64,000 nucleotides of DNA from assembly GCF_009914755.1 (NCBI RefSeq), contig NC_060935.1, one strand, 5' to 3'. Below are positions 13,965 to 30,924 of this stretch, one piece after another. The notes below the pieces were generated by a model. That model had not been told where the DNA came from. It saw only the letters and a list, made by a program, of their open reading frames with translations, and ran no database searches. Source of the DNA: the human T2T-CHM13v2.0 reference genome, Homo sapiens. Both the position numbers and the translations under genes were made by a program. Position 1 is the stretch's first letter. Each line of letters begins with the position of its first letter.

Positions 13965-14158
13965 GAAACAGAGACATAAACTCAGGTCTAGGAATCCAAG
14001 ACCCGGATTCCTGTCTCAGCTATAGTGTTAGCTAGGTGGCTGCCTTGGGAAAGTCTCATAACAGCTGTGATTCTTAGTTGCTTTATTTGTAAAATTAAGT
14101 AATTACAATATGTTATTCCTAATGCCTCTGCTGAGATGTAAGTCTAGTGATTCTATGA
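13965..14158 (+). mobile_element. MIR3/MIR
   Basis: tgccttgggaaagtc...tttatttgtaaaat...tgattctatga. Confidence 0.6.
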
Positions 14159-14485
14159 GGCTTCCTATTGGATATTGCGTTATCTGATTATTTAAGGAAT
14201 TTATTGCTGAACTTAAAAGCCTCTTGCCTGGGTCTGTGCAGCGCATTATCTAAACTAAAGCAAGGTATCATCTTGTATGAGAAGGGGCTCCATTTTCTAA
14301 TTCATATAAATATGTTGAATGAGTAGCGGCAGCTCAGCTTTAATTGTTTATAAGAGAAGTAAAACCTACTTTTGGAAATGATATTTCAAATAGTTTTAAA
14401 TTGCTTGTTTATAATTAAAAGCAGGTAATATGTCTTATAGTCCACTGAGAAAATAAACTACCATCAGAAACAAGTTTTTAAATTA

Positions 14486-14858
<373 letters not shown>

Positions 14859-15819
14859 CTAGAAAATCTCTAAAGCACCAGTCCTGAAACCAGAAAATCT
14901 CTGGAACACCAGTCTAGAGTAACTTCAATTACTGTAATTTCAAGTTAACTTTGTCTCATTACTTCTGTATGTGCCCTATTGCTTAATGGGCCTTAAGGTC
15001 AAGGTGGGAGGTGGGGAGTTGTTCTGTTCTATGTAAAGGAACTTCAGTAACTGTCTCTTGAATGCATTTTAAATGAACTTACCTGTGACCCAAAATTGGC
15101 CACAAACTCTAACATACTCAGTGTTCTGCCAATTCAGAAGGAACAAATCATCTGCCTTCAGAGTGACTTTGGTGAGTCAGCTGGACTGGAAGAATGTATC
15201 CTGGGAGCTGCATTAGGATTAAATCTGATTGCTAGACACTGGCAATTCCTCTCTGAGTTGGAGAAAATCAATTCAACCTTCTCTACCATGTTTTCTTGTA
15301 CAACATTCTGTCTTATATAAGATTACATAAGTTTCCTTTGTATATACCAATAGAGGCATTTAAAAATTGCCTTCTGGACTATTTTTATACTTATTAAACA
15401 AGATGAAATAAGTGTTTTGCTGTATAGCTTCTGTCCACTAAATGATCCTTGCACATCCTGATTATCTTTAAAGGTTATGCATATGTTCCAATATCTTCCA
15501 TCACTAGCCTCAAAAGAAAGCCATTTCTTTATGCTTTAGTAAATTCTTGTTTGGACCACTCAAAATGTCCCCAACTCATTTGCTACAATTTGAGCTAACC
15601 AACATGACATTCACTTTTGCAGAAGAGATAATAATTTGAATAACACACCCTTACTTAGCTGAGATAGGAATGTTCTACAGTGTAAAACTATTCTCTGAAG
15701 GACATCAAGGATGAGGATTTAACAATTTCCAATCATTACTGAGAGCTCAAAGAGTTAACTAATCTTAAATTTAGATTTGTTCTTAGATACATACACACTT
15801 TCTATTTTTTTAATGTGAA

Positions 15820-16040
15820 ATAATTACCATTTACTGAGCAACTACTAGGCGCCAAGTACTACAGACTTTCCACGTATTATCTCAAGTAATCTTTACAGCA
15901 TGGAATGTGAATTCCATACTATTATTTCCAAGAGGTTAGAAGTTAATAGATTTACTAATAGACACAGCTAGAAAGCAACTAAGCTACATTGTAAACACAA
16001 GTAAGTCTGATTCTAAAGCCCATCTGCTTTCCACTATATG
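15820..16040 (-). mobile_element. MIR
   Basis: accatttactgagcaactacta...ctgattctaaagccc...ttccacta. Confidence 0.65.
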
Positions 16041-16621
16041 CTATTACTTTTCTGGATTAGCTGGGAAAGAGTTAAAAATTCAACAGCACTAACAGTCTCA
16101 GAATTAATTTTTGCAGAGTTTGGAAAAATTTCCGATTATCTTTGCTAAGAAAAAAGAATTGAAAACATGCTCACCAAAAGGTTACAATTCCAGACTGTTT
16201 AGAAATATGGGAGGGATGTAGAAGTTACGTATCATTTTAGGGTACCACTAACAATATCATCTTTAACCACAGTAACAATAAGTGCCTTATATTGATGAGC
16301 AGCCTCTGTGAGTGTTAGTACATTATTTCTAATTGTTACAGAAAGTTTTGGCAATAGTGAAATCTTAGTTTTGAGAAAAATTTCTGTGTAACTGGGTTAA
16401 CTCTAGAAATATCTGCAGCTACATATAATCACTATTAACACTTATCTAGAATTTTCTATAAACACTTATTTTTAAAACTTATTATGATTTTAATAACCTA
16501 ATATTTCTTAGAAAAAATTCATCATCATTATTGTTATTAATACTATGTACATAAAAGAAGTAGAAAATTTGAATTTCATCACACAAACTCATCTTTCAAA
16601 ACCCATAGAGAGAACCCCTTC

Positions 16622-16842
16622 CATGGGTGTCCAGTCTTTTGGCTTCCTTGGGCCACATTGGAAGAAGAAGAATTGTCTTGGGCCACACATAAAATACACT
16701 AACTCTAATGATAGCTGAGGAGCTTAAAAAAAAACTGCAAAAAATATCATAATGCTTTAAGAAAGTTTACGAATCTGTGCTGGGTCCATTCAAAGCTGTC
16801 CTGAGTCACAGGTGGCCCATCACTGCAGGTTAGACAAGCTTG
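16622..16842 (+). mobile_element. MER30 hAT MITE
   Basis: cttttggcttcc..gggccacattggaagaagaagaattgtcttgggccacacataaaatacactaac...gacaagcttg. Confidence 0.9.
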
Positions 16843-17260
16843 CCTTAACCCTTGATGACTTTGGTTCTAAAAAGAATTCTTATATTTTGAGATGCTGGTT
16901 CAGTCCTATGCCTAACATTCCTTTCTTCCCGCTTTTCAATATCTGGCCTAAATAGCCAGAATTATTGGGGGTATGCTGTTTGTACCCTTTCCAGTTAAAG
17001 ATAATTGAGGAAAGGAATGCTTTATTTGCATGGAATTTCGATCAGGAGATTTTGTGCCTACATTCAGAATGCGTCTGTCAAGGCCATATTTCAACCATTT
17101 CCTCTCACCAGGGACTAGTCCTGGAACACAATGTGCTGTGCACAAGTCACAAATCTCTGCCAAACCTTTATGTTTTTATTAACTAAGAGCTTCTAATTTA
17201 GCTTCACAAATCTGTTTCTTCCTCAAGACTAGATGCTTCCAGGATGATCATCTCAGCTAC

Positions 17261-17279
17261 TTCCACCATCTAGTGGCAA
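17261..17279 (-). promoter_or_regulatory. Candidate CTCF site
   Basis: Minus strand reads TTGCCACTAGATGGTGGAA, a CTCF core match. Confidence 0.55.
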
Positions 17280-17669
17280 GAGATAGAAATGAAAGGATTT
17301 TACACTTTTAAAGATTATTGCCTAAAATATCAAGAATCAGAATAGTTTTCTAATCAGTGGTATTATTAAAAACATTATGTCTAGAAAGGAAAAATAAACA
17401 CATTATTTTCAGTTGCTGGTCAGGGCCTCATGACTGTTGGGGTCAAATGTAACTCATAGGGTATTTCTTTTTTTTTTTTTTTTAAATTAATCAAATACGT
17501 ATTTTAAAACATCTGCTATTTGGTCAACACCATCTTAGGCATTGTAGAGGAACTACAAATTTCTGTATTTAAAAGACATGACTCCCTTTTAGTAGAAGTT
17601 CATAACTTAGTTATGAAAATAGAAGCTCCAAGCTACTAAGGGCTAAATGTTGTGGTAAATTTCTCACTG

Positions 17670-18680
17670 CTTCATGTTATCCTCGGTAGGTACCTCTCTC
17701 TCCCCAAAGCCCATATATGGTGGTGGTGGACCTGTGTTTCAGTCCTCTGTGTTCTTCTCCCCTCTCCTGAGCAATCCCATCCATTTTCACAACTCCAACT
17801 ACACTGAAAACGTCAAAGTTTCCATTTTCTAGATCAGATCTTTATTTCAAACTGACTGTTAAACACTTCTACCTGGGTATAACATAAATACTTCAAAATC
17901 AGTTACTCCAACATAAACTCAGAAATTATCCCACTCCCTCCCCTGCCATTCTAAAATCTGCTCTTCCTCTGGCATTCTTGGTTTCATTTCATGATACATC
18001 CTCTACTCTGGGGTCAAATTTTAAAAATTGTAAATTATCTTCTATTTCTCTCTCTTTTCTACCTTCTATATGTAATATGTCTCAATGTCCTGATGATATC
18101 TCTTTTTAAATAAGCCTTCTAATCTATCCTTCCCTTCAACCCCAATACCTCTGCTTTACATCAAAGCTTATCTATCTTTTACATTTCACCTGATGCTCTT
18201 GAATCTGATGTCATACCTTTCCAATTATTCCTTCCACTGTACCACATGACATGAATAACGGTCTAATTTGCATATCAGGTCATGTCATTCTCCTTTTTAA
18301 AAATTCTGTAGTCACCCCTCATTACCTACAAGGTGAAGTCCAGTCTCTACATAAGGTCCTTCATTACCTGTTCATGCCCATCTCTCTTGCTTTATGGGAT
18401 GTTTGGGCCCACTCTATGCCCCTTTCCTTAATTCTTACATTATGCGTCAGTATCCTAGCCAACTACTTGGCAATTCTCAGAACTTTTCCATACTGTTACA
18501 CAACTGCTAGAGTATAGGGCAACCTTGACTTTTCTCCCTTATTTCATACTTCCTTCAAGTAAAAAATGATCTCGTGTATAATTTTTTTTCTCTGACAACA
18601 CCCATCCTAACCTCTCCAGCTCCAAAAAATTAAACAGTTTTTCTACGTCTTGAGAGACCTCTTCTTTCACACTTTCTTTA
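17670..18680 (+). mobile_element. L2 relic
   Basis: Pyrimidine-rich L2 ORF2/3' motifs (aaatctgctcttcctc..., catgtcattctcctttttaaaa). Confidence 0.6.
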
Positions 18681-19088
18681 TTGTACGCTCCAAAAGTATA
18701 TGTGCCCAACCAAAATATAATTTTATATTAAAGAAATAATTCTATGACAAAATATGTCTGGGAAATACTTTGTACTAATCATATTTCCATCTTAGATGTT
18801 TATATTTCATATTATTATAGTAAAGGCTCTGAGAAATCCTTCAATAAGTTAATGGATTTAACTCCTCAAATGTGTTTAAGCACTCATTCATACCTTTATT
18901 TTAATAATGCTGACAAAATTCCACCAAACATACTTTGGGAGATGCTAGTCTAGTTTCATTTTAGATTCCAATAAGGGAGTAAAATGAAAAGCAAAACAAA
19001 ACAAAAATAAGATGCAGTCCAGGTCTTGGGAGCTTACACATTTACTAAGAGCAAGAAAAACAGCAAACCTAGAGGAAAGAACATTATA

Positions 19089-19743
<655 letters not shown>

Positions 19744-20289
19744 TATAGTTCAACAAATAATTTTTAGAACAATAGAATAAGGCATATTTTAAAATGATGA
19801 CTATGTGGGATGCACTAACTCCTTGTGCCATAGGATCTTATGACCAGTCGGGGTTGGCCAAGAGTTAACAGGAAAGGCTTTATGTAGGAAGAGGGTTTTT
19901 ATTGTACTTTTGGCTAAAACATACTTTCCTATGATTGTGCTCTGGCAACTCTAGTAAGAAAATAGTATAAAAATACACATTGTTATCCTTTGTCTATAGT
20001 TTTTTTATTGGCTTCTTCATGCTTCAGCTCTCCTCCTATAATTTCTCAAATGTGCATTGCCTACAGATTCTCAAATGTCTTCTATATATACTCAACAAGT
20101 GCCCAGTTGTCTCAGGGTATTGAAGTTTACCCAAACCTCACATACTCCTAATTTCCAGCAAAGCTTCCCAGAACTGTTTATTCCAGTCCCTGTGAAAATT
20201 CGAAGACACACAATAATATTTATCTGATTAAAGTAATTCACACCAATTTATAAAAGGAGGCTTTAATCTTCCTTGTAATTAGTTACTGA

Positions 20290-20460
20290 ACCTAAGAATC
20301 TAAGCCGGTTTTGACTGCAAGACACATTTCTTTTTTAATACACCCTAGGAAATACTGCCAATTTTAACTGCAAGATGCCATTGATCTTAAGACACATCCA
20401 GATTTCAGATATGTTAATATGTGATAAAATATGAAGTTTAGAATTTATGAAATTTTGTAT
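20290..20460. mobile_element. Tc2/MER104-like DNA transposon relic (second copy near 45965-46085)
   Basis: taagacacatccagatttcagatatgttaatatgtga...tagaat. Confidence 0.5.
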
Positions 20461-20506
20461 AAGTGATGATTAGGTAAGGAAGAAGAGGACAGCAGTTAAC
20501 TCCCTC

Positions 20507-20511
<5 letters not shown>

Positions 20512-20555
<44 letters not shown>
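20512..20555. repeat. (CT)n microsatellite
   Basis: Direct. Confidence 0.95.
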
Positions 20556-20559
<4 letters not shown>

Positions 20560-21531
20560 AATAAATACTCCTACAGGGCACTCTGGTAGGTGCTTGGGCC
20601 CCATAGTTTTAAGTTTGAGGAGTTCAAATTTCAGTTTCGGAATAATAATAAGTAACAAATAATTAATTATGAATCAAGAGAATAATCTAGGTACTGAAAA
20701 TCATTTCACTGCTCTTTGTTTCCCCATTACTTAGTGCTATAGTAGGCACTCAGTTAATATTTATTGAACTGACCTAAAGTGAGAAGACCTAAACTGAAAA
20801 GAAAATTCTTGTGGTTTATTATAGGCCAATTTCTTTTATGAAAGATTCTAGGTAGCATCTGAAGAGAATGCATCCCCACCTTGAGGAAAGGAAAACAAAT
20901 TCCCTTGAATTCACCACTAAATTGCATTTCTCTTTCCAATCCCACACTTCACACTGGCCAAAGCACTCTAATGAAAACAGGCTAAGAAAGCCCATCCTAT
21001 CACTTAGGCAGCTGGTGTGCACCAAAGACAGATGAATCTTAGAACCAAGGCTTCAAGTAATACACGACGATGGAGAAAATGATACTCAAACCTGTGACAG
21101 TGAGATTATTCAGCTAATGATTCAGAGCCCACTCAATGTGACATTTAAACTGTTATCCAGCAATCTCACACTCTGTTTAGGCATGCCATATGTAAATTCT
21201 CCATTAATACTAGAGTCACATTGTTTTCTCAGTAGGATTCTGGGGGAAGCATCTGATTATGTGTTTTGCCTCCTTTTCTTCCTTTTAGTGTTTGACCCAA
21301 GAATACCAGACAGATAAAAGAAGGCAAAGAAGTTGAAAATATGACAGTTCTAATGGAGACCTTGTACCTTTTTAGCAGTTCCCTGATTCTAACAGGCTTC
21401 CTTTATGAGAAAATAACCCATTAGATTTTAATCATTGCAAGTTTTTCAACAGTTGAACTGTGATAATAACAACTTGATTAGGAAATGTATCCTATTGCTA
21501 TAAAAATGCTAGTGCTTGAATCTGATATCAC

Positions 21532-21690
21532 AGTACTGTGCTGGAGCTCACTCATACTAGCTCATGAGAGCCTCATGTGCCTCCATTTCCACATATTTAA
21601 AAAGTAGCTTTAGGTTGGTAGCCTGAAATCAGCCAGGCTGGGAATATTTACATCACAAAATTGGCCAACCTTAAAACGGACTTTTTTTTT
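21532..21690. mobile_element. MER63-like hAT relic
   Basis: cagtactgtgctggagctc...ctcatgagagcc...ggtagcctgaaatcagcca. Confidence 0.6.
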
Positions 21691-21805
21691 CCCCTAGCAA
21701 AATGGTACACATTTATTCCTATTACTATTGGTGTTGAAGGAGAGATACACAGAGTGTCTTTACTAAGACAATCTAAAAGCATATCTTGAGCTATAAAATC
21801 CCAGA

Positions 21806-24130
<2,325 letters not shown>

Positions 24131-25136
24131 ACTCAAACACATCTTGTTTAGCATAAACAACACCTCGAGAAGGTCATGATGAAAAAAATCCTGGTCCCAA
24201 AATAGCTACCTCACAGCCCCAGTGTAGAAATCCTTGATGAGCTTCCCTTTCCCTCCTCTTCACAATACCTTGGGGCCATACCACAGAACTGGTGGTTCCA
24301 AAAAGGAGAAAAATCTATTAGGACCATGGTGTTTTATCCCAGGGGCCTGCTATTCATAGTTGGCTGTTCTTAAAACTGACATGAGGTGCCCTCAATAAAA
24401 GGCTAGGAAATTAGTTAGAAGTGACATAAATATAACAGAAAATCTAGGCTAAGAGAAACCCATTGAAGTTGAATACAGTTAATTTTAAGATTCCTGGAAG
24501 GCAAAGGATAAAGGAAAAATAGGAAAAATTCCTTTGTTTATATGAGATCTGAGCTTTAGAAAAAGCATACTTTCCCCTCAACTCTGATATACATTTTCCA
24601 AATGAGACAGTGAGTAGCATAATAAATGATGGTGCAATCACCAAAACAGCAGATGTTCAGATAATTATATTATCATGTATATGCTGAAGACTTAATATAC
24701 AAAACAAAGCTCCCATGGTGCTTTCATTGTTCTGTTCATTTTTTTTTTTTTTTTTTTTTTTTTTACTGTAACCGGGCTAGCATCCCTCATAATTATAATA
24801 GCACTAATTATAAAATTTGGACTCTCCCTATTCCATTTTTGAATCCCAGAAGTAACACAAGGAATCTCACTACTTTCAGGCATGATCCTACTCATAAGAC
24901 AAAAGATGCACTTATTTCAAATATTTCATCTATCATTATTAGTTGACTTAAATATAATACTAATAATCACCATATTATCAATTCTAGTAGAAGGATATAA
25001 AATGCTAGCCTTGATTATCCTACCTACTTAGCCTAAAGTTCTTTGGGAGGTATGCTCTAGAGGTGATTAAGGAGGAAAGGTTGGGAAGGGAGAAAGGTGG
25101 CGAATTTTGTGTATCTGTGTGTTGGGGGTTGTGGCA

Positions 25137-25417
25137 TGGACAGGGTCTCACTTTGTTGCCCAGGCTGTAGTGCAGTGGCGTGATCATGGCTTACTCCAGC
25201 CTCAACTTCCTGGGCTCAAATGATCCTCTCACCTCAGACTCCTCCATACCTGCAACTACACTTGCATGCCACCTCGCTTGGCTAATTTGTTAAATTTTTT
25301 GCAGAGACAAGGTCTTGCCTTGTTACCCAGGCTGGTCTTGAAGTCCTGGGATCAGCGGTCCTCCCACCTCAGCTTCCCAAAATGCTGAGACTACAGGTGC
25401 GGGCCACTGTGCTTGAT
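25137..25417 (-). mobile_element. AluJ
   Basis: gatcatggctta..cagcctcaacttcctgggctcaa (J-type); tail eroded. Confidence 0.9.
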
Positions 25418-25609
25418 CTATGGAGGTTCTTATAGGGAGTTTTTCAACCAGTTTGAAAGAATAAAACTGAAATGTAAGTACCTTCAATGCAGTTCAGTCT
25501 CTCGGCCCTGCCCTTTCTCAATTTTCAGTGGTTTGTAAACAGAGTAAGGATCAGCAATTGTTAGAAAATATTAAAGAGTACTGTCTAACTCTAGGAATCA
25601 GCAAGATTC

Positions 25610-25990
25610 TATACTGAACACAGAATTCTGATTCCTAAACAGGACCTTAAAGACAATTTTGTTTACCCTTCTGCGGAAGAAGGAGTCTTTTCTACAAAAC
25701 CTCTGACGAGTCATTATCCATTGCTGAAAGATTTCTAGGGATAGGGAACTTCTGTCTCATGAAGTAGTCTATAATTTTTCTGAGTAGCTATAAATGTCAG
25801 GAGCTGTGGTGTTAAAATGTTCCCAAATATAATATACATTCCTGTCAGTTATGCACAGTGGATCTGCTTCTGCCTTCCGCATGACATCGATGTCGTGTTT
25901 TTCAGATGACAGCTCTGGAGGTAAAAAAGGTTTAGTCCCATGTCCCCCAATTCTTAATCTTTTCTTCTCCAGGTTAAACATACTCATTTC
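25610..25990 (-). mobile_element. L3/CR1 relic
   Basis: atcttttcttctccaggttaaacatac and the L3 3' motif. Confidence 0.5.
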
Positions 25991-27185
25991 CACCAGTCAT
26001 CCAAATACTTGCAAAGAAATTGCGGAGATTTGCACAATGAATCCCAGAAGCATAATATTAATATTTACATATTTTTAGTTACTATATAATATTTACTGGA
26101 ATTTGATAATTGGTCTAATATTTTTATGTATTGGTAGTAGCTATAGCTAATTTATTTGCTAATACATTTTTAGCATACCAATATGTTTGAAATGTTCCAA
26201 AATTTGAAACGTAAGGTTAAGCATAAGTTAACCTCTCTTAGATGTTTTTGCAGGTATAATAAGATCCAGAGAACACGGGAGACACTTTTATGTCTTTATT
26301 TTTTATTGTAGCACAGCTGTGTAGAAGTGCTGGCAAAATGAATGTTCTAGGTGATGAAAGAAATTTTTGTTTAGCAATAATTACTAAGGAGTTAATTGGT
26401 AGGTGCTTTTATTTTTTCCATTTCAATTCTGTTATTTCAGCCATATTCTGATTTTTTCTTTTTAAACTTTAATCAACCTTTATAAGCTTTTTATCCCAAA
26501 CACAAAATCCAGTAGCGCCAGTTCAGCCAAAAAAAAAAAAAAAAAAAAAAAAATCAGAGTAATTTGCACAGCCAAGGGGCATAGAAAAGTATTTTTCTCA
26601 TTTAATTATACCTTCTTCTTGTCGAAATATAATTTATCAAGCAATTGTTTAAAATTAAATTTTAAAAAGTAGAAAGTGTTGGGAAAAGTATGACAATGAA
26701 TTGAAATAAATCTAGTAAACAATTTTCTCTAGGATAAAATAGAGGAATTGATTAGACAATTCACACATTTTCCTTTATAGTTTAGACAGTAAAGCAATCA
26801 TTAGATGTGATCATGTTATATTTGTTCCCTTTGTTGGACCACGAGTACTGACAAACAGAGAGCATCTGAGCAAAACCTTGATGTACTTGGGGTTTAAAAA
26901 TATGTGGTTAGCTTATTTTCCCTTTCAGTGTTTCACTCTTGGCGCTTTCTTTACTCCATTCTCAGCAACTAAAATGATTTTTCCAGATATTCAAACAATT
27001 GCAATAAAAATATGTCCCAAAAATACAAGGTGGGCCTCCAATGCACAAGAAAGACCCTTTGGCAACCCGTGTCCTCTATCATGTTTTAAAAGAGCCTCAT
27101 TTAATCGGGCCAGCAAACATCTCCATTAGCAATTAAGACCAACTACTGTCACCAACTATAAAGTCGGAAGAGCAATATAACTGAC

Positions 27186-27347
27186 CTTCAGAGGAGAAAT
27201 ATGAGACTGCAAGACATATCCATGGACATTTTCTATTTGAGAGAGGTTCTTTTCTGATACATGCACGAGTTCTGGGCCTCTTACTTCGTGGGTTAGTCGA
27301 GGTAAGGAATGATCATGTGGAGCGTCCTCATCTTGATATCGATACTT
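27186..27347 (-). CDS. DLG2: Internal coding exon of DLG2 (PSD-93), N-terminal region upstream of PDZ1; 162 nt, phase 0/0
   Basis: The reverse complement translates to [54 protein letters not shown] (54 aa), recognised as PSD-93. Acceptor cctttcttttcttttctcctag| with a CTGAT branch candidate (A at 27385); donor AAG|gtcagt. Confidence 0.97.
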
Positions 27348-28759
27348 CTAGGAGAAAAGAAAAGAAAGGACAAGTATGTATATATCAGTGTTTGTAAAGG
27401 ATATAGACTGAACTTCATATTCTAACTTCATCAATAGGACACAGTGTGCACCTACTGTTGACTTCACCAAATGGGCTTTGCTGCAGACTCTTCTGGCGGT
27501 CACCATAGACCAGGTCAAATGCAAGCAGAACTGAGTTAACCACGAATATTGACCAATGTCCAGACTTGTTTCTGCCTGATAATATACTCTCTTTGTTTAT
27601 GAGCTACAGAAAGGTGATAACAAATGAGACAGAACATTTACTTTATTCAAGTAAGTGAGGAGGTAACCCTCCTGACCAGAGTAGCTAAGTATGTGTTAAA
27701 AATTCTAGGTTATGGATGGAGAAGAAAAAAAGTACTGAGCAAGAAGAAAACAGAATTCCAATATATCCCATTTAGAAAACTTAATTTTCTTTCAGAATTT
27801 GTGAGTGATTTAAGTTCCTTTTGAAATGAGGAAAAAATTTTGTCACCCACATTATTTGTATTAGACTCAAAGAGAAGACAAGCTTATCTTTCTTTACTTC
27901 ACCCGCTAGGAGAAGGAGTATTGATTTGGGTTAGTCAGATTCCAGGACAAAAGATCACAATTTTTAGAAGCAGAGCTAGCTCTTTTAAAGAACTTTAAAA
28001 ATCAAGGCAAGTTATCTGCCTATATTGTATGGCTCCCTGAGGGGACAGAGGTAAATACTTCTTCTCTCTTGTTCCCTTTTCCTCTTTTCTTAACCATCTT
28101 GCTTACACATGACTGTACCAGTAAAGATTATTGTTTGAGTCTTCCAAACAGATATAAGGAAGTTGGCAGAGAAAAAAAAAGGTTCAGGGTTAGGAATGCT
28201 CTGAGGGAACTCAGCCCTCTTCTTGGGGTCTATCTCCATTTTTGGCCTCAGCCTGGGTCTCCATCCTATTTCTGTGTCTTTTTCTAGTTTGTACCCCTTT
28301 TCCCTTGGATCTGTCCCTTTAGAGTTCCATTGTTCAAGGCTGTTGTCCTACCTGGGAAAGAAGAAAGGGAACCCTCTACATCTGACCTCTTAATCAGATA
28401 ATAAAGTGTTAGTTTGCTTTACTTTGCCTATGTTCCTTGTGCATAACACAGGGATATTGGGAACAGGGATCTAAACATTGTCATAACACCATCACAGGCT
28501 TAATTGTGATGTCTAACTTCTTCCCAGTGTCCCATTATTGTTATCATCAATGGTTAATTTTTTCATATACATATATATATAAAACTTCTAGGACATCAGC
28601 TCTCAGACTGACTCATAGTGGAAAAGTAACAAGAACCACTCCAGGGATGGTAATTCAATCTGTTGTTCACTCTTCCTCAGAAGCAGATTATCAATACTTA
28701 CACTTATACTTTCTGGGGCAAGGTAGGCTTTCTTCAATGTCCCAAGTAATATCTCTCTC

Positions 28760-28950
28760 AACAAAAATAACAATGCCATAACTGCAGTTTCCAAAGAACT
28801 CTCACAAACTTGTTCCATTGCAATCATTCTTGGCCATTTTACCTATGAGAAAACTAACACTCCAAGAAGTTAAGGTACTTGTCAAGAGTCACCTTAACTG
28901 ACGGGCATAAGCGCCAAGACCCTATCGAGATCATTGCAGTCTGAATCCTC
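28760..28950 (-). mobile_element. MIR
   Basis: ccattttacctatgagaaaact...gaagttaaggtacttgtcaagagtcac. Confidence 0.6.
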
Positions 28951-29564
28951 TTTCAGTTATCATCAGCCTCTCCTCTACCCCATAAAGAGATGAAGTCCAA
29001 GTCTGAAAACTGAATTGGCTGCTTAGTAGAAAAAAAAAAATCACTGAGAATACACGACACAATGAGGTTAGAACATTTCTGTGAACTGCAAATACCATGC
29101 TTTTGTTTATCTAACCTTATGAATAATTTGGGAATGTAATCTGCCTCAGAAACATGGATCAAATTTAACATTCACTTTTGATCAGTTACGCCCATTATGA
29201 GTGGAATAGTGTCACACTTGCGCCCATTTTAGTTTCTCTGGCTTTCAACCCATTAACTCCCACGTCTGCTCCACATTTTTGATTCTCTCATAAAGGCACT
29301 ACCATCTATGTTGTCATCTGAGCCAGAAAAGTAGGAGTCAATCAGACTCCATCCTGTCTTTTGCCTGCTGCCATCTGCCAATTTAATAAGTTGATGAGTC
29401 TGCTTGATTTATATCCTAAATAATACTTGAGTCCACACTCTCCTTATTCTTCCCATACCCCCACCAACACTGTCCATGTTCAGGATCCCATAAGTTCTCA
29501 GCTGGGCTATAGAAACAGCCTCTGAGCTGGCTAGCCTGTCTGTGGGGTTGCCCGTTTCCCATAA

Positions 29565-30018
<454 letters not shown>

Positions 30019-30104
30019 CTGAATTACTTTTGTTCTCAACATTCTCACTCCAATAATTATAAAATAAATATAAACAAACTATTGAGTCTCATTTTTAAGC
30101 TTCT

Positions 30105-30225
30105 TTTAAAATTTGTGGTAAAATACACATAAAATTTTGACCATTTTAACCATTTTTAAGTATACGGTTCAGTAGTGTTACTTATATTCACTTTGTTGTG
30201 CAACAGATCTCCAGAACTTCTTCAT
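30105..30225 (-). mobile_element. L1MB 3' tip
   Basis: ccattttaaccatttttaagtatacggttcagtagtgtta...ttgttgtgcaac. Confidence 0.7.
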
Positions 30226-30924
30226 GTGCATGTTCCCATAACTCCCTAGAGTCTCCAATTACAACTCTTGTCATGCTATATGGTTGTGTATTTTCTGTGT
30301 TTTTCCACGGAACTGTAAAATCTTGTAAGGACTGGGACCACATTGGTATTGTTTATTCTCACATCTCCAGTCTTTAGTCATATGCACAACACATATGCTC
30401 AATAAGTGTTTGTTGAATATAGCCATGAGCTACCATTACACAAATGGATGAAATAGATATCACTTGCTTAAGCCACAATACTATTTTGGCTACTGGATGA
30501 AAACTTTTTCACTATAAAATGCTGTGAACTCAGGTTCAAGTAAAAAGGACAATCACATCATTTGCTTGACACAATCTAAAAGGACATCAGGCTATTAAGT
30601 ACTACATATCTTTCTCCTCATCATTCATTTCAGTATATGCTAAGAATATGAACTGAAAAGAACAACCCTTGACTTCAAGAAGACCATAAATTACTGAGTT
30701 ATACTTGTGCACAGATAAGCTACCATACCTCGTGATAAACTCAGTTCTGTGGGAGCAGAAATGGGCAAGCATTTGTGGCTGGCTGGCTGCAGCTTCTCAG
30801 TTTGAAACAGGGTCTGGAATACCATAAAGAGGTAAAAGATATTCCAGCCAAAGGCACAACATGTGAAGAGACATGTGGTAAGAGGGGATGATGTTTGAGG
30901 GAACAGTGAGGTCTTAAAGTGGAT

